From positions 85,252,001 through 85,316,000 of the forward strand of contig NC_087436.1 in the NCBI RefSeq assembly GCF_036321535.1: a stretch of DNA of 64,000 nt, given 5' to 3'. The notes under the pieces are model-generated. The model saw only the letters and a list, made by a program, of their open reading frames with translations, made no database searches and had not been told where the DNA came from. The first letter of the stretch is position 1. Every line of letters starts with the position of its first letter. The position numbers and the translations under genes were made by a program. Source of the stretch: Camelus dromedarius. Lineage: Eukaryota. Of the stretch, positions 1 to 10,964 are shown piece by piece.

Positions 1-51
1 ACTGACCTCTTAAAATATTTGGCTTTTGAAATTGAATCTAGGATTTTTGAA
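1..51 (+). pseudogene. Pseudo-exon A (3' end only)
   Basis: TDLLKYLAFEIESRIFE then donor GTATGG at 52. Needs one indel (T run) to match the phase of the next exon. Confidence 0.4.
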
Positions 52-237
52 GTATGGGGATTGGAGGAGCAGGAATAGAAAACAGGATAGTTGGTTGAGA
101 AAATTTTTACATCTTATTAAAAAAAACTGAGCTATTTAGTTATCAGAAGTTTGACTAAGATTGTGCTAACCATGTGGCAGGCACTATTATAAATATTGTA
201 TATGCATTTACATATAATAAACCTTTACTTTGTTAAG

Positions 238-348
238 AACTAAGGGAGGTTATCAGTAAACACTGGAACAAGAAATGAATCCACCAAAACACTGTCGCAG
301 AGTGGATAAATCTACTTTGAATTCACTGAAAATACCATGCTGTCATGG
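238..348 (+). pseudogene. Pseudo-exon B (111 nt, phase 2-2)
   Basis: Acceptor ctttactttgttaag, donor GG|GTTAGT. Translates TKGGYQ*TLEQEMNPPKHCRRVDKSTLNSLKIPCCH. Confidence 0.5.
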
Positions 349-490
349 GTTAGTAAAGCTTTTGTCCATGCTGTTCTTCCTGTCTGTAATTAACTTCCTC
401 TATTCTGTCATTGTAAACGCCTACTCATTCTTCCAAATCCTGTTCAGGCCTGACCTCTCAGAAGTCTTCCCCCAACACCTCCTCTTACAG

Positions 491-574
491 AACTTACCAC
501 TTCTTGCTTCATGCTGCTGTAGCATATTCATGCTTCTATTACTATGTCAGTGACCAGGATGCCCTACACAGTTG
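491..574 (+). pseudogene. Pseudo-exon C (84 nt, phase 2-2)
   Basis: Acceptor cacctcctcttacag. Open frame TYHFLLHAAVAYSCFYYYVSDQDALHS. Weak donor GTGTAC. Confidence 0.55.
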
Positions 575-687
575 GTGTACAACTATTATGCCTCCCATTT
601 CATCCCTAGGGTGCAAATGTTTGAGCTCTCACAAACCAGTGATAGAGAACTGTCCTCCCTCCAACTCCCTCTCTTTTATGCCTACAG

Positions 688-1253
688 AATTTGCCATACT
701 TTAGAGGTACCTGAACGTGAATCTAGTGGCTTGATCTAATGGCTGAAGCAGAGGGTGAATGCGGCAAAACTGACCACGTATCCGTGATCCTGGAAGGTGC
801 TTGGCTTATTTTCTGGGGCCTGCCTCCACACTCCAGAGCTCTCTAACAGGAAGTACTCCTGGCTGAATTCCCAGTCACCTCGGCAGATAAGGCAATGAGG
901 ACTTACGGCTTACAGCTGCAGGATGCCTATGCGCCAGCCACTGAAGGGGTGACTCAGGGGCAAGGCAGCAAAGCTTTTTAGCAGATGTAAAGTACATAGA
1001 GATAAAGCCTTGCCCTCATGGGGGTCCTGCACAGTGGGGTCAGTGCCGCGTCAGAATCTCAGCCAGAGTGGGGCCCTTCTGGCCTATTCCAGTGTCACCG
1101 TGATCCAAGTGCCCTCAAGCTCTGCCAGTTTAGGCTCCAGGTGTCAGATTCCAAAGGATCAGCTCTTTCCATGCCCAGGAGTGCTAAATCAGGGCTGGTT
1201 CTGGCTTTCACCACCTTGAGGATTTAGAGCCATCATTGTTCTAGTCCTCACTG
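688..1253 (+). pseudogene. Pseudo-exon D (566 nt, net 1-nt frameshift)
   Basis: Acceptor ccctctcttttatgcctacag. Translates ICHTLEVPERESSGLI*WLKQRVNAAKLTTYP*SWKVLGLFSGACLHTPELSNRKYSWLNSQSP..., then after a shift MGVLHSGVSAASESQPEWGPSGLFQCHRDPSALKLCQFRLQV... Donor TG|GTGACT; alternative donor CAG|GTGTCA at 1140. Confidence 0.5.
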
Positions 1254-1889
1254 GTGACTAACTCCTTTGGGGATAAAAAACCTACCCTAAAAACACAGGC
1301 AGTTTCCTGATACCTTTCTTGCAAACAGAGCCACTTACTTGACTCCTACCCAATAAGAATGTGGGAAGCTCAACAATTCCAAGTCGGCTTTTTTTTTTGT
1401 CCTGGCCTGCATAGGTATAATCTCACTAAAATGTAATCGTTGGTAGGCACCCTTCTGGTAAAAAAAACTTTACTAATGTGCATTACACTGTATTATATTT
1501 TTATTCCTACCTCCTTACTGAGCTTTAGATGGTAAGATTATGTCTTTTATCTTTTATATCTTTGGCACCTAACAGATCTCCTAACATGGTAACAGTGATA
1601 GCCACCACTACAGTAGTAATAGTAGCAGCAAATCTTTACTGAGTGTTTATTCTGACCCAGGCAGTGCACTGAATGTGTTACATGAATGATTTCACAAGGC
1701 AGGTACTCTCATCCTCATTTTTACAAATGAGAAATTTGAGACAGCTCAAGTAACCTTCCCAAAACTATACTTAGTAAGTCGCAGAATTGTGCTTGATATC
1801 TGCCTGTTGAACTTAACAGTGTCCTACTTACTGAAAAGCCAAACATATAAAACCAGCCAATTAATGGTGAACGTTTCCATTATCATTAG

Positions 1890-2124
1890 AGGAGAAAGTC
1901 CTCTCTCCACCCCAAGTTTCCATGAGGACTGTTTCCTCGCTTCTCTCAGAGCCTTAACTGTTTCACCTCTGATGATGTAAAATAAATCTGGGCAGAGTAA
2001 CAGCATACTGGGCTCAGTTCTGCCACCTGTTTCCTCTAGGGAGGTGCAGCCCACAGGGAAGAACAAGTTTCTGCCGCTCTCCCAGGGGCCTGCCTGCTCC
2101 CAACCCAGAGCTGCTGGGAACTGG
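1890..2124 (+). pseudogene. Pseudo-exon E (boundaries uncertain)
   Basis: Acceptor gtttccattatcattag. Translates GESPLSTPSFHEDCFLASLRALTVSPLMM*NKSGQSNSILGSVLPPVSSREVQ... (1 stop in ~78 codons). Donor GTGGGG needs one indel to fit the next phase. Confidence 0.4.
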
Positions 2125-2243
2125 GTGGGGACAGCTTGTAATTCTGGAATTCAGTATTAGCTCAGCACACTTGGCTACCAGACCTAAAGTCACTTGTGGC
2201 AGCCTGTCTGTCTCACTCTTTGTTTTCTTCCTCAACTTTTCAG

Positions 2244-2486
2244 AAGTAGGGAAGAGGTAAGCTATTTCTTAAGCTCTATTAGAGACCTCTCCCTGCACCC
2301 CAGAAACATGAAAGGATGGATTTAAACTTTTTAACATGAAGCAGTCCACAGAGGAAAGGCTGGTTAGAAAAGCGAAGGCAGGGAGTGATAAGAAAGGAGA
2401 GGGGGAAGCAGAAACCAAAAACTTCCCACTGAGAGTCAATGAAAGACAATTCAACATTAAGAAGAAAGTGTTTGGCAAATTGAAAG
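2244..2486 (+). pseudogene. Pseudo-exon F (243 nt, phase 1-1)
   Basis: Long polypyrimidine tract ending ttttcag and a perfect donor AAG|GTAAGT. Translates VGKR*AIS*ALLETSPCTPET*KDGFKLFNMKQSTEERLVRK...FNIKKKVFGKLK. Confidence 0.55.
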
Positions 2487-2739
2487 GTAAGTTAATGACA
2501 AACAGTAATTCACAACTTGCTTGACCTGTAGAACTCTTTAAAGCACTTGCACTATGTGAAATGAAGCATACCGCTACCCACAGGTGTGCTAAAACCCTTT
2601 AGATGATGGGGATCTGGACCTCGTGGGGACCTCTGCTGGTCCAGAATGCCCTTTCAGGCCCATTCTTGGACTTTCCCAGGTTTCCACAAGTGGGCTGAAA
2701 GTTCCAAAAAGAACGTGGAACATGTGCTCCATGTGTTCT

Positions 2740-3670
2740 TATTTATCCAGCTATATGCTTGCCACCTCCATCTAGATGTTTCACAGGCATTTCAAATAAA
2801 GCATGGGACAAATACTTCTCTGGATTTCCTTCCCAAAACCTGTTCCTTCTTCAGGCTTCCATCTCAGTGGATGGGACCAGGGGACCCCTATTAGATTCCT
2901 CTCATTTTCTCCTACTCCAGATCCAATCCACCTGCCAGGTTCTGTTGTCTCCACCTCTAAAATAGATCCTGAATCTATTCACTGCTATCTCCACTGTTAC
3001 AACCTTGTCCAAACTAGGTGTCAGTTCTTACCTGGACTGTTAAAATAGACTCCTGATTGGCCTACCTGCTTGCACTCTTGCCAAGTTATAATCTAACCAG
3101 CATCCAGGGAGAGCTTTCAAAATTAATATAAATCATTCATTCCCCTACTTAACATTATCCAATCGCTTCTGAATGCCCTTAGAATAAAGTTCACATCTGA
3201 GTTAAAGTTCTGTGTGATCAAACCCGTCTTCTGTGTGACTTTACTGCTTGGCTTTCTCTACCTCACGTGTCATGCCCAACCAAGTTTGCTCCCACCTCAA
3301 GACCTTTGTACTTGCTGTTTCTCTTCTTAGAACACTCTTTTTTCAGATCTTCTTCTGGTCATTTAGGGTAAGTATCACTTCCTTAAGAGGAAACTTCCTT
3401 CTTATCCATCTAAATTAGACCCCCGCCCTTTCCTCTTATCACTTTGTCTCACCTTTTCTTTTAAGTTGGTTTTTTAAAAAAGTTCTTTAGTTTTTTAATA
3501 GCACTTATTACTATCTGAAATTATCTTGATTATCTAATTGTTTACTTGTATTTATTATCTGTATCCCTTAACTAAAATGTGAGCTCCATGAGGGCAGGAA
3601 TCCTACCTGTTTTGCTCACTGTATTCCCAAGGTCTGAAACAGTGCCTGGCCACAGAAGTCACTCACATAT
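2740..3670. mobile_element. L2 LINE fragment
   Basis: L2-type text including aaatgtgagctccatgagggcagg...ttgctcactgtattccc...acagtgcctggc. Confidence 0.7.
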
Positions 3671-3697
3671 GAAGGACTCATTATGAGTTTAATGCAG

Positions 3698-4555
3698 TTC
3701 TCATAATGAAAAGACAAAGCCAAGTCTAGACACTGACATAGACATAGTTTGGCTCAAAAACACAGATTTCTGATCTTGTCGTGGCTTCCCCTTTGAAGGT
3801 TAACCTCATTCCACACCCAAAATGCCTGAGCAGCTTTGAAGGGTCTTTGTCTTTGAGTTCATTCACAGTCAAAGATAAGAATCAGTCTTTACTTCACCAA
3901 GATCACTTCAAGTCAGAACAACTCTCCCCCAACCTACCCCCAGTGATTGCCAGGTCCATTTAGGTCTGACGGCAACTGAGACTCCAACCTCCATCCCCTC
4001 AGCCCCTTGCCCAAATTAGGGGGAATCCCCTCAGGCCATGTCAAGTCAATGCAGGAATTCTGGGGGTGATGCTCTTTCACTAAATAAAACTTTAGCATTA
4101 GTGAGAAATTGGATCAAAATTATGTGGAAGAGAGGAACACAAATTCATTAGACTAGAAGAAGATCTTTAAATTGAGAAAAAAGGTTGCAGCCATGGAATA
4201 GAAGATGCTCTGTACCCCTCCTCCCAAGCTGTAAGTGTGGAGTTTCCCCACCATGAGAAGTCTGCAGACACTGCGACCTGCTCCCTCCTCCCACAGGCAG
4301 GCCTGTAGGACTGTGACTGATGTAGTCTCTCCAAGGGTAGGAGAAGGCCTGTTTCCACCAGCATCAGACACATCTTCCTTTGTGGACTGCACCAATTTGG
4401 GAATGTTCCTGCTGCAAGTGATGCAGAGAGAAAGACAGCAGGTTATAAGGATGGCATCAATGATTTTCCATCCTGCCCATTTCCCAAAAAAGTGGCTGGA
4501 GAAACAGCCTAAGAGGACAAAAAAAGTTTGAGCAAGGGCCTATCACACTGCAGAG
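3698..4555 (+). pseudogene. Pseudo-exon G (858 nt, phase 1-1, heavily decayed)
   Basis: Acceptor aatgcag, donor GAG|GTAAAA. Length is a multiple of 3 and both phases fit its neighbours. It is unique sequence between two repeats, but has ~13 in-frame stops, close to random expectation. Confidence 0.35.
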
Positions 4556-5139
4556 GTAAAACTCCAACAGCCATGTCAGGAAATAGCAAGCTCAAATGCT
4601 TTCAGGAACTTAAAAGAGAAAAACCTGGTGGGGTTTCCATCTTTGTCTAAAACAAGCAAGCACCCATTCTCCTGCCCTAGGCAATTGGTAACATGGGAGC
4701 ATGACCCCAAGTTTAGCAGATATGCCAAATTGTCAAGGGAGAAGCCAGAATTGGAATTTTTATGTGATATTTCCTGATTTTTAAACTAGGGTTACATTCC
4801 ACTAAATAACAGAAAATCATAAATTAGATAAGAATGTCTTCCTCTGCGAGATGCAGTTCAGAACTACTCTAGCATCTTCACAGTGACCAGGGATCCAGCT
4901 TCCCCCAGCTTCCTGCTCTGTTGTCCCTAGGGTATGGCCTTTGTCTTCATGACCCAGTACGGCTGCGAGAGCACTAACAGCTTGTTCTAGGCAGCAGGAT
5001 GGAGGACTAGCTGGAAGAAGTGACACAGGATTTGCCTTCCACGGAAGCTACCACAGAGCATATCTGCTTACATCTTACTGGTTAGAACCTAGCTACATGG
5101 TGACTGTTAACCGCCATGTCACATTTCCCAACTTTCCTG

Positions 5140-5502
5140 TGCGGATATACATATATATATGCATGCAGAGAAAGAGATTTATTTTAAGGAATTGGTTCAG
5201 GTGACTGTGGGGGACAGCAAGTCTGAAATGCCTAGGGCAGGACAGGAGGCTGGAAACTCGGGCAACATTTTAATATTACACTCTTGGGGCATAATTCCTT
5301 CTCTAGGAAACCTCAGATTTTGCTCTAAAGGACTTCAATTTATCAGCTAAGGCCCATCCACATGATTGAGGGCAATTTCCTTTACTAAAAGTAAACTGAT
5401 TATAGATGTTAATCACATCTACAAAACATCTTCACAGCAACATCCAGACTAGTTTTTGAACAATTTAGCCTTGCTAAATTGACACATAAAATTAACCATC
5501 AC
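5140..5502. mobile_element. MLT2-like ERVL LTR
   Basis: agagatttattttaaggaattgg... ending aaattgacacataaaattaaccatcaca. Confidence 0.7.
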
Positions 5503-6060
5503 AGTCACTCATTAAAACATTTTTAAAGCTGTGCAAGTAAAAGAACACCTGTCTGTGAGTCTGGTTTGGCCTGTGGCCTGCCAGTGTGCAATCCTTCCTC
5601 TACATGTTAGAGCAAGGAGCGTGGTTGTTTATAGACCTAGAACATAACAACCCACTACACCCCCTACACACTGCAGTCACACATGTGTGATAACAACAGG
5701 TCTGCAGCCCTGTCCCTTCTGGGAGGCTACGCCTAGATAGAGAGCTAGTCTTGGGGTTTTGTGTATGTGTGTTTTTGGTATTGTTTTGCCACTGTGTTGA
5801 TGGCATCTGATAAACAACAAACTCTTCTCTTTGACCTTGCTCTAACTCCTTAAATTATTTTCACTGTAAATTCCAAAATTCTGGTGTAGAGAGGCACAGG
5901 AGGGAGGGGTGAGGGGGCAGGTCGGGCATTTTCGCTAACAAAGCCCACGGCTTTTCCACTGATACCACGTCACTCCATCCCCAAGCACCACCGGACAGGG
6001 GAAGCCACTTATTCCCCCACGCTCTCAGATAGTTCTTTTTAACTTGCTTTTGTCTTTCAG

Positions 6061-6163
6061 AGCTGACTTTGATAGTCAGCCTGGAAAACAGAGGCCTGCT
6101 GCATCGTCTTGTTGCTGAGTTGTTGGAGGACTCTGTGTACGATGAGTATTGGTTTTCTCATTG
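6061..6163 (+). pseudogene. Pseudo-exon H (103 nt, phase 1-2)
   Basis: Strong acceptor ttttaacttgcttttgtctttcag. Fully open frame (E)LTLIVSLENRGLLHRLVAELLEDSVYDEYWFSH. Donor TG|GTACAT. Confidence 0.6.
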
Positions 6164-6552
6164 GTACATGTACTGCGATCGTTTTTCCTAATTCTGTAAA
6201 CATTGTTTGTGATGTCTTTCTCTGTATTCCTGTACATGCTTGCAGCTTTTCTCAGTCTATTTTAACATTATAGGTACTAGAAATGGCTAAAATGGGCCCA
6301 TTAAAAGCACCGATACACAAATTATATCACTTAGAAATCCATAATTTCACTAAAAGTCAAGAAGATAGAACTAAATCTGTTTTGGGTAAATATGCATCTC
6401 CTTTATGTTTCTTAATTCCTGAAATAAAGTCATTATATATAACAATCTTCATATAAAAATAAAAAACAATTATAATTAAGTGGTTCTTTCTTAGCTTTAT
6501 GGGAAGCAAATTTGGTTTCTCTAGTTTCAGTGCTTTTCCCTGATGTTTCATT

Positions 6553-6700
6553 TTCTTTTCTTTTCTTGAAGCATAGTTGATTTACAATGTTATATTAGTC
6601 TCTGGTGTGCAGCATAGTGATTCAGCTACACATATATATATTCTTTTTTGTTATAGGCTATTATAAGCTACTGAGTATAGTTCCCTGTGCTATACTGTAA
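6553..6700 (-). mobile_element. Short L1 3' end
   Basis: ttgaagcatagttgatttacaatgtt...agttccctgtgctatac. Confidence 0.75.
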
Positions 6701-6730
6701 GTCATCTCTATTGTGATTTTGTATCTACAG

Positions 6731-6885
6731 TGAAGTCCATTGGAAGTTGTCAGTTCTGAAGAAGCCAAGAACAGAAGGGGAGCTCATACTGTGGTGCCAT
6801 TTGTCTGATATTTGGAAAAATGGCTCTCCGTGCTTGAAAATCACAGAATGCTGATAAGACAATCTGATGGCTTACTCCTTATAAA
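6731..6885 (+). pseudogene. Pseudo-exon I (155 nt, phase 2-2 with a 1-nt deletion)
   Basis: Acceptor ttttgtatctacag. Translates SPLEVVSSEEAKNRRGAHTVVPFV*YLEKWLSVLENHRMLIRQSDGLLLI. Donor AA|GTATCT. Confidence 0.55.
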
Positions 6886-8087
6886 GTATCTCAGTTTGAC
6901 CCTCATTTGAATGTATGTTTATCCCCGTTAAACTCATGCTTTGTATGGCAAAAAATGTAATTTTAATGAGGATGCCAACCCACTGGAAGCATTATCCCAA
7001 ATTGATCTTTTGTCACATCTATTTTGAATCAAATACAGATTTTTTTTCCTTATGCCAAATTCTGCTCTTTGGCTCACAGAATGACAATATTTTACTCTTA
7101 ATATAGATGAAATGCCTACTAGCTAACGCATTCTGTATGGAACACATTAACAACATACATTTTCTTGCATTTCTTACTCTCTTATATACTTCTTAAGCGT
7201 TCACAGTTACAAACTGTCTTCAATAATGGCTTGTGATGAAAATCTGTCATACTCTTACCTGACCAGGGCTGCCGACATAATTTGCTGGGCCCAGTGCAAA
7301 ATGAAAATCTGGGACCCCTGTTCAAAAGCAGGGAAAAAAAGTATAGTTAAAGGTACTAATGTAATAGGGGTAATAGTGATACATAGGTAACTCAATGAAC
7401 TTAAAAACCACAAAAACAATATTTTGGGGGCCATAATTCTATATAATGCAACAAACAACAATAGTCTATTAATGTGATAGATTGACGATGAAAATTTTCT
7501 GGCTCACCTGCCTGCAAATTCATTAAGATTGATACTTATCATTTTATTTTCGTTTTCAACAGGTAAGAAATTCATTTCACACAGTTTCTTTTTCAGTAGA
7601 CATGACTGAAAGCTAACATCAGTCACTCTTAGCAAATGCAAGATCACAAATTTTGATTGTTTTCATTTTGAAAAGGATCTTGCTGCTGATACAGCTGTGA
7701 ATATTTTACAGGCTGTGACAACACTAACATAAATTTCTACTTACTTATTTTGAAAAATAAATTTTAGTACTTCTAGTGTTGATTCTTGTAGAAATATTTT
7801 CCTAGACAGATTTAATTTTTCATACAAATTAGCTTTATGTAAGTCTAAATTTGATTTTAAGTATAAAATTATATAACAGCATTTTAATGTTTCCTCAGAC
7901 ATGACAAAATGTTTCCTGAAATTTATGGAGGTTTTATAAGCAATGGAAATTGACTTCATGATTTGAGTACAATTCAAAAGGCCAGTTTATGCTTTCTGTC
8001 ATTCTGTCTTCAATTACAAGGAAAAAAATTTAATTGCCTTTCTTATTAACAACTGATTCATTCAAACCTTCATATGAAAATAGTGTT

Positions 8088-8556
8088 TTTTAAAAATTGA
8101 AGTATAGTTGACTTCAGTAACATAATATTCTATTAGTTTCGGTGTACAACAGAGTGATTCGATATCTTTATAGATTATACTCTATATAAAGTTATTATAA
8201 AATATTGGCTATATTTGCTCTGCTGTACATCACATCCTTGTATCTTATTTATTTTATTCCTAGTAGTTTGTATCTCTTAATCCCCTACCCATACATTGCT
8301 CCTCCTCCCACCCCTCTCCTCACTGGTCACCACTAGTTTGTTCCCTGTGTTAGTGAGTCTGTTTCTGTTTTGTTATATTCATTTGTTTCTTTTACTTTTT
8401 AGATTCCACATATAAGCGATAACATTCAGTATTTGTCCTTCTCTGACTTATTCCACTAAGTAGAACACCCTCCAAGTCCATCCATGTTGCAAATGGCAAA
8501 CTTTCATTCTTTTTATGGCTAAGTAATATTCCATTGTCTATATACCACATCTTCTT
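8088..8556 (-). mobile_element. 5'-truncated L1 (3' end)
   Basis: Typical L1 3'UTR/ORF2-end text (ttgaagtatagttgac..., agattccacatataag..., tccatccatgttgcaaatggc), flanked by an atagtgtt target-site duplication. Confidence 0.85.
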
Positions 8557-8682
8557 TATAGTGTTCTTTTCTGTAGACTGTGATGATCTTTATATTTAAT
8601 TTCTATTTCTACGTGTGTGATTATTTGCTTTATGATGTTGCAGCAGTTTTCAAAACTAAAGATTCTAAACCCTTTAAGAATT

Positions 8683-9083
8683 CTAATGTTCACAGCAGCA
8701 CTATTTACAATAGTGAAAACATGGAAGCAACCTAAATGTCCATTGACAGATGACTGGATAAAGAAGCCATGGTATATTTATACAATGGACTACTACTCAG
8801 CCATTAAAATGAAAATAATGCCATTTGCTGCAACATGGATGGACCTGGAGATCATCATTCTAAGTGAAGTAAGCCAGAAAGAGAAAGACAAATACCATAT
8901 GATATCACTCATACGTGGAATCTAAAAAAAAAAGACATAAATGAACAAATTTATAAAACAGAAACAGATAGACGTAAAAAACAAACTTATGGTTATGAGG
9001 GGGAATGGGGTGGGAAGGGATAAATTGGGCATTTGAAATTTGCAGATACTAATTAACCGCTATATATAAAATAGATAAACAAC
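8683..9083 (+). mobile_element. L1 fragment (ORF2 end and 3'UTR)
   Basis: Translates MFTAALFTIVKTWKQPKCPLTDDWIKKPWYIYTMDYYSAIK..., the L1 ORF2 C-terminus. Confidence 0.9.
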
Positions 9084-9556
9084 AGTTTGCTGCCTGAGTG
9101 CCAGCAGCTCCTGTCCCAGTGTCAGGCTGGGAAGCTGATACTGGTGCTGTCCCATGCAGGGCCCCTCCCTGTCTGGTCTGCGGAGCCAGGGCTGCCACAA
9201 CTGCTGCCTCTGCTTCTGCTGTTGCTGTCACCGTACCCCCCAGCTGTGCAGGCCCAGGCGCTGTCTGGCTGCGCCCTGCCCTACTCTGAGGCATGCATGT
9301 GCCTGCTGGGTTACCTGTGCTGCCCAGCCCTCTGCACACACGTACGCATCACCTCTGGTTGTGCTTCCACTGCTCATGTGCATATTCCATTGTCCCATGA
9401 GTTGTCACTTACTAAACACAAGTACAAAAATAAAATTATTAAGATTTTTGAGGCAGCAACAGCAGAGGATTAAACCATGTATGAGGCCTTCCTGAGAGCA
9501 GGGCCCCGTGAGACCACACAGCTCGCACGCTCACCAAGCTGCATATGGTCCTACAG

Positions 9557-9652
9557 TCTATCGAGCGTCAGGATTTGAACTGTAAGGAAGACAACATGAG
9601 GTGAAGGGGACATGATGACACTGATGGATTTCCTCCATGACCTTAACTTAAG
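9557..9652 (+). pseudogene. Pseudo-exon J (96 nt, phase 2-2)
   Basis: Acceptor cctacag, donor AAG|GTAACA. Translates LSSVRI*TVRKTT*GEGDMMTLMDFLHDLNL. Confidence 0.55.
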
Positions 9653-10429
9653 GTAACAGAGATTGATAAATCTGTGTCATCGTCATACTGAAATGTGTGC
9701 TCCCTGAGAGCAGGAATCTTGTCTTATGTAACCCTGTGTGCGCCACAGAGCCTACCTCCGTGCTTTGCATAAGGCAGATGTTAGATAAATTCAGTTGAAT
9801 AAATAAATTGCTATTCTTCCGTTCTCAGAGGGGTAACATGTAAAGACCTGGACACAGATCAGTGATCTTTTCATATAAGGCACGGAACTGATCAAAGTCA
9901 GTGCAAAAACTCTGATCCAGGATGAGGAATATCATTAGTAAGCATGGTGTTTCCTGTACCCCTTCTCCAAATGGGCCTGCACGTAAAATTCCTGAGCTTG
10001 GCAGGAGCCTTTCTGCCTTCGCCCAGACTGAAAGAAAATCTCATAACTGACTTCCATTTTTTTCTTCTTTGTTTCCTGAGAGGAATTAATACTTTACTAG
10101 GCCCAAGATTAAGATGGCATTATTCTTTACCTTGAATTTCCAAAGGTGATTTTTTAATCTAACTATGAAAGACTGCTTACTCATGAAATCTAATCAGCAA
10201 TGGGAGATGCTGAATGGAAGGAGCAAACTCTATAATTTTGCCTGTAACTTCTCAGTAAAAACTGTCTCCTAGGGTGGGCAAATCAGGGTGCTGCTGCTCC
10301 ATCAAGTAGCAGAAGTACTTGCCCTCAGGGCTCTCTTGTGCCACTTGCTATATAAAAGTTTGAATTTTATGGTAATAAAAACAGACCTTGTTGAGTCATG
10401 AAAATGGAAGGCAGGCTTGGATTCTGCAG

Positions 10430-10552
10430 GGAAGCTGTAATAAGCACTCAGTCTACAGGCAGCCAGGATCTTTCCCAACCTCTACTAACCAGAGTTAATG
10501 TCAATCCATGACCGCAAATTCCTGTTGATCTTGATAATTCTACATTCTATGA
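10430..10552 (+). pseudogene. Pseudo-exon K (123 nt, phase 2-2)
   Basis: Acceptor ttctgcag, perfect donor GA|GTAAGT. Translates EAVISTQSTGSQDLSQPLLTRVNVNP*PQIPVDLDNSTFY. Confidence 0.6.
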
Positions 10553-10831
10553 GTAAGTAAAATTTATTAGTATCCATGCCAAAAATGGCATACTTAGATG
10601 TTATTCACTCTGACACACCCTTATACAATCAGGTGCTTCTGATTCTAAACTACCAAACATTCCAGAGAATGCAATCCAGGGACTGCAAATAAAATTCATC
10701 TGAATTAAGAGGCTATGTCCCTCTTACATAAAAAACAACAAGAACAACAACAAAACTTAACAACTTGACAAACTGGGAAGCTGGTCCTAGAAGGGAAAAA
10801 TATTAAAGCATATAAATCATGATTGTGGCTG

Positions 10832-10964
10832 TTTTTTTTTTTTTTTGGTGGGGGGAGTGGAGGAGGTAATTAGGTCTATTTATTTAATGGAGGTGCTGGG
10901 GATTAGAACTCAGGACCTTGTGCACGCTGAGCATGCGCCCTACACTTGAGCTATACTCTCTCCC
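10832..10964 (-). mobile_element. tRNA-derived SINE (vic-1-like)
   Basis: Reverse complement reads ggga..gtatagctcaagtgtag...gtcctgagttctaatccccagcacctccattaaataaata...A-tail. Same family as the copies at 13358 and 13818. Confidence 0.8.

Larger units (their letters stand above)
7264..9547 (-). mobile_element. MER45-family (MER45R/Zaphod-like) hAT DNA transposon relic, interrupted by two L1 fragments
   Basis: MER45-like ends (cagggctgccgacataatttgctgggcccagtgcaaaatgaaaat at left; cagcagaggattaaaccatg...gggcccc...caagctg at right). Internal minus-strand hAT transposase C-terminal remnant at ~7600-7980. Confidence 0.75.

Noticed and set aside
4153..4412. Minus-strand exon-like ORF with an acceptor and hydrophobic tail (…MAATFFLNLKIFF*)
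   Set aside because: No partner exons on that strand and no recognisable homology. It overlaps the + strand pseudo-exon G candidate.
9049..9495. Overlapping GC-rich ORFs of 96-128 aa on both strands
   Set aside because: They lie in the GC-rich subterminal part of the MER45-family transposon.
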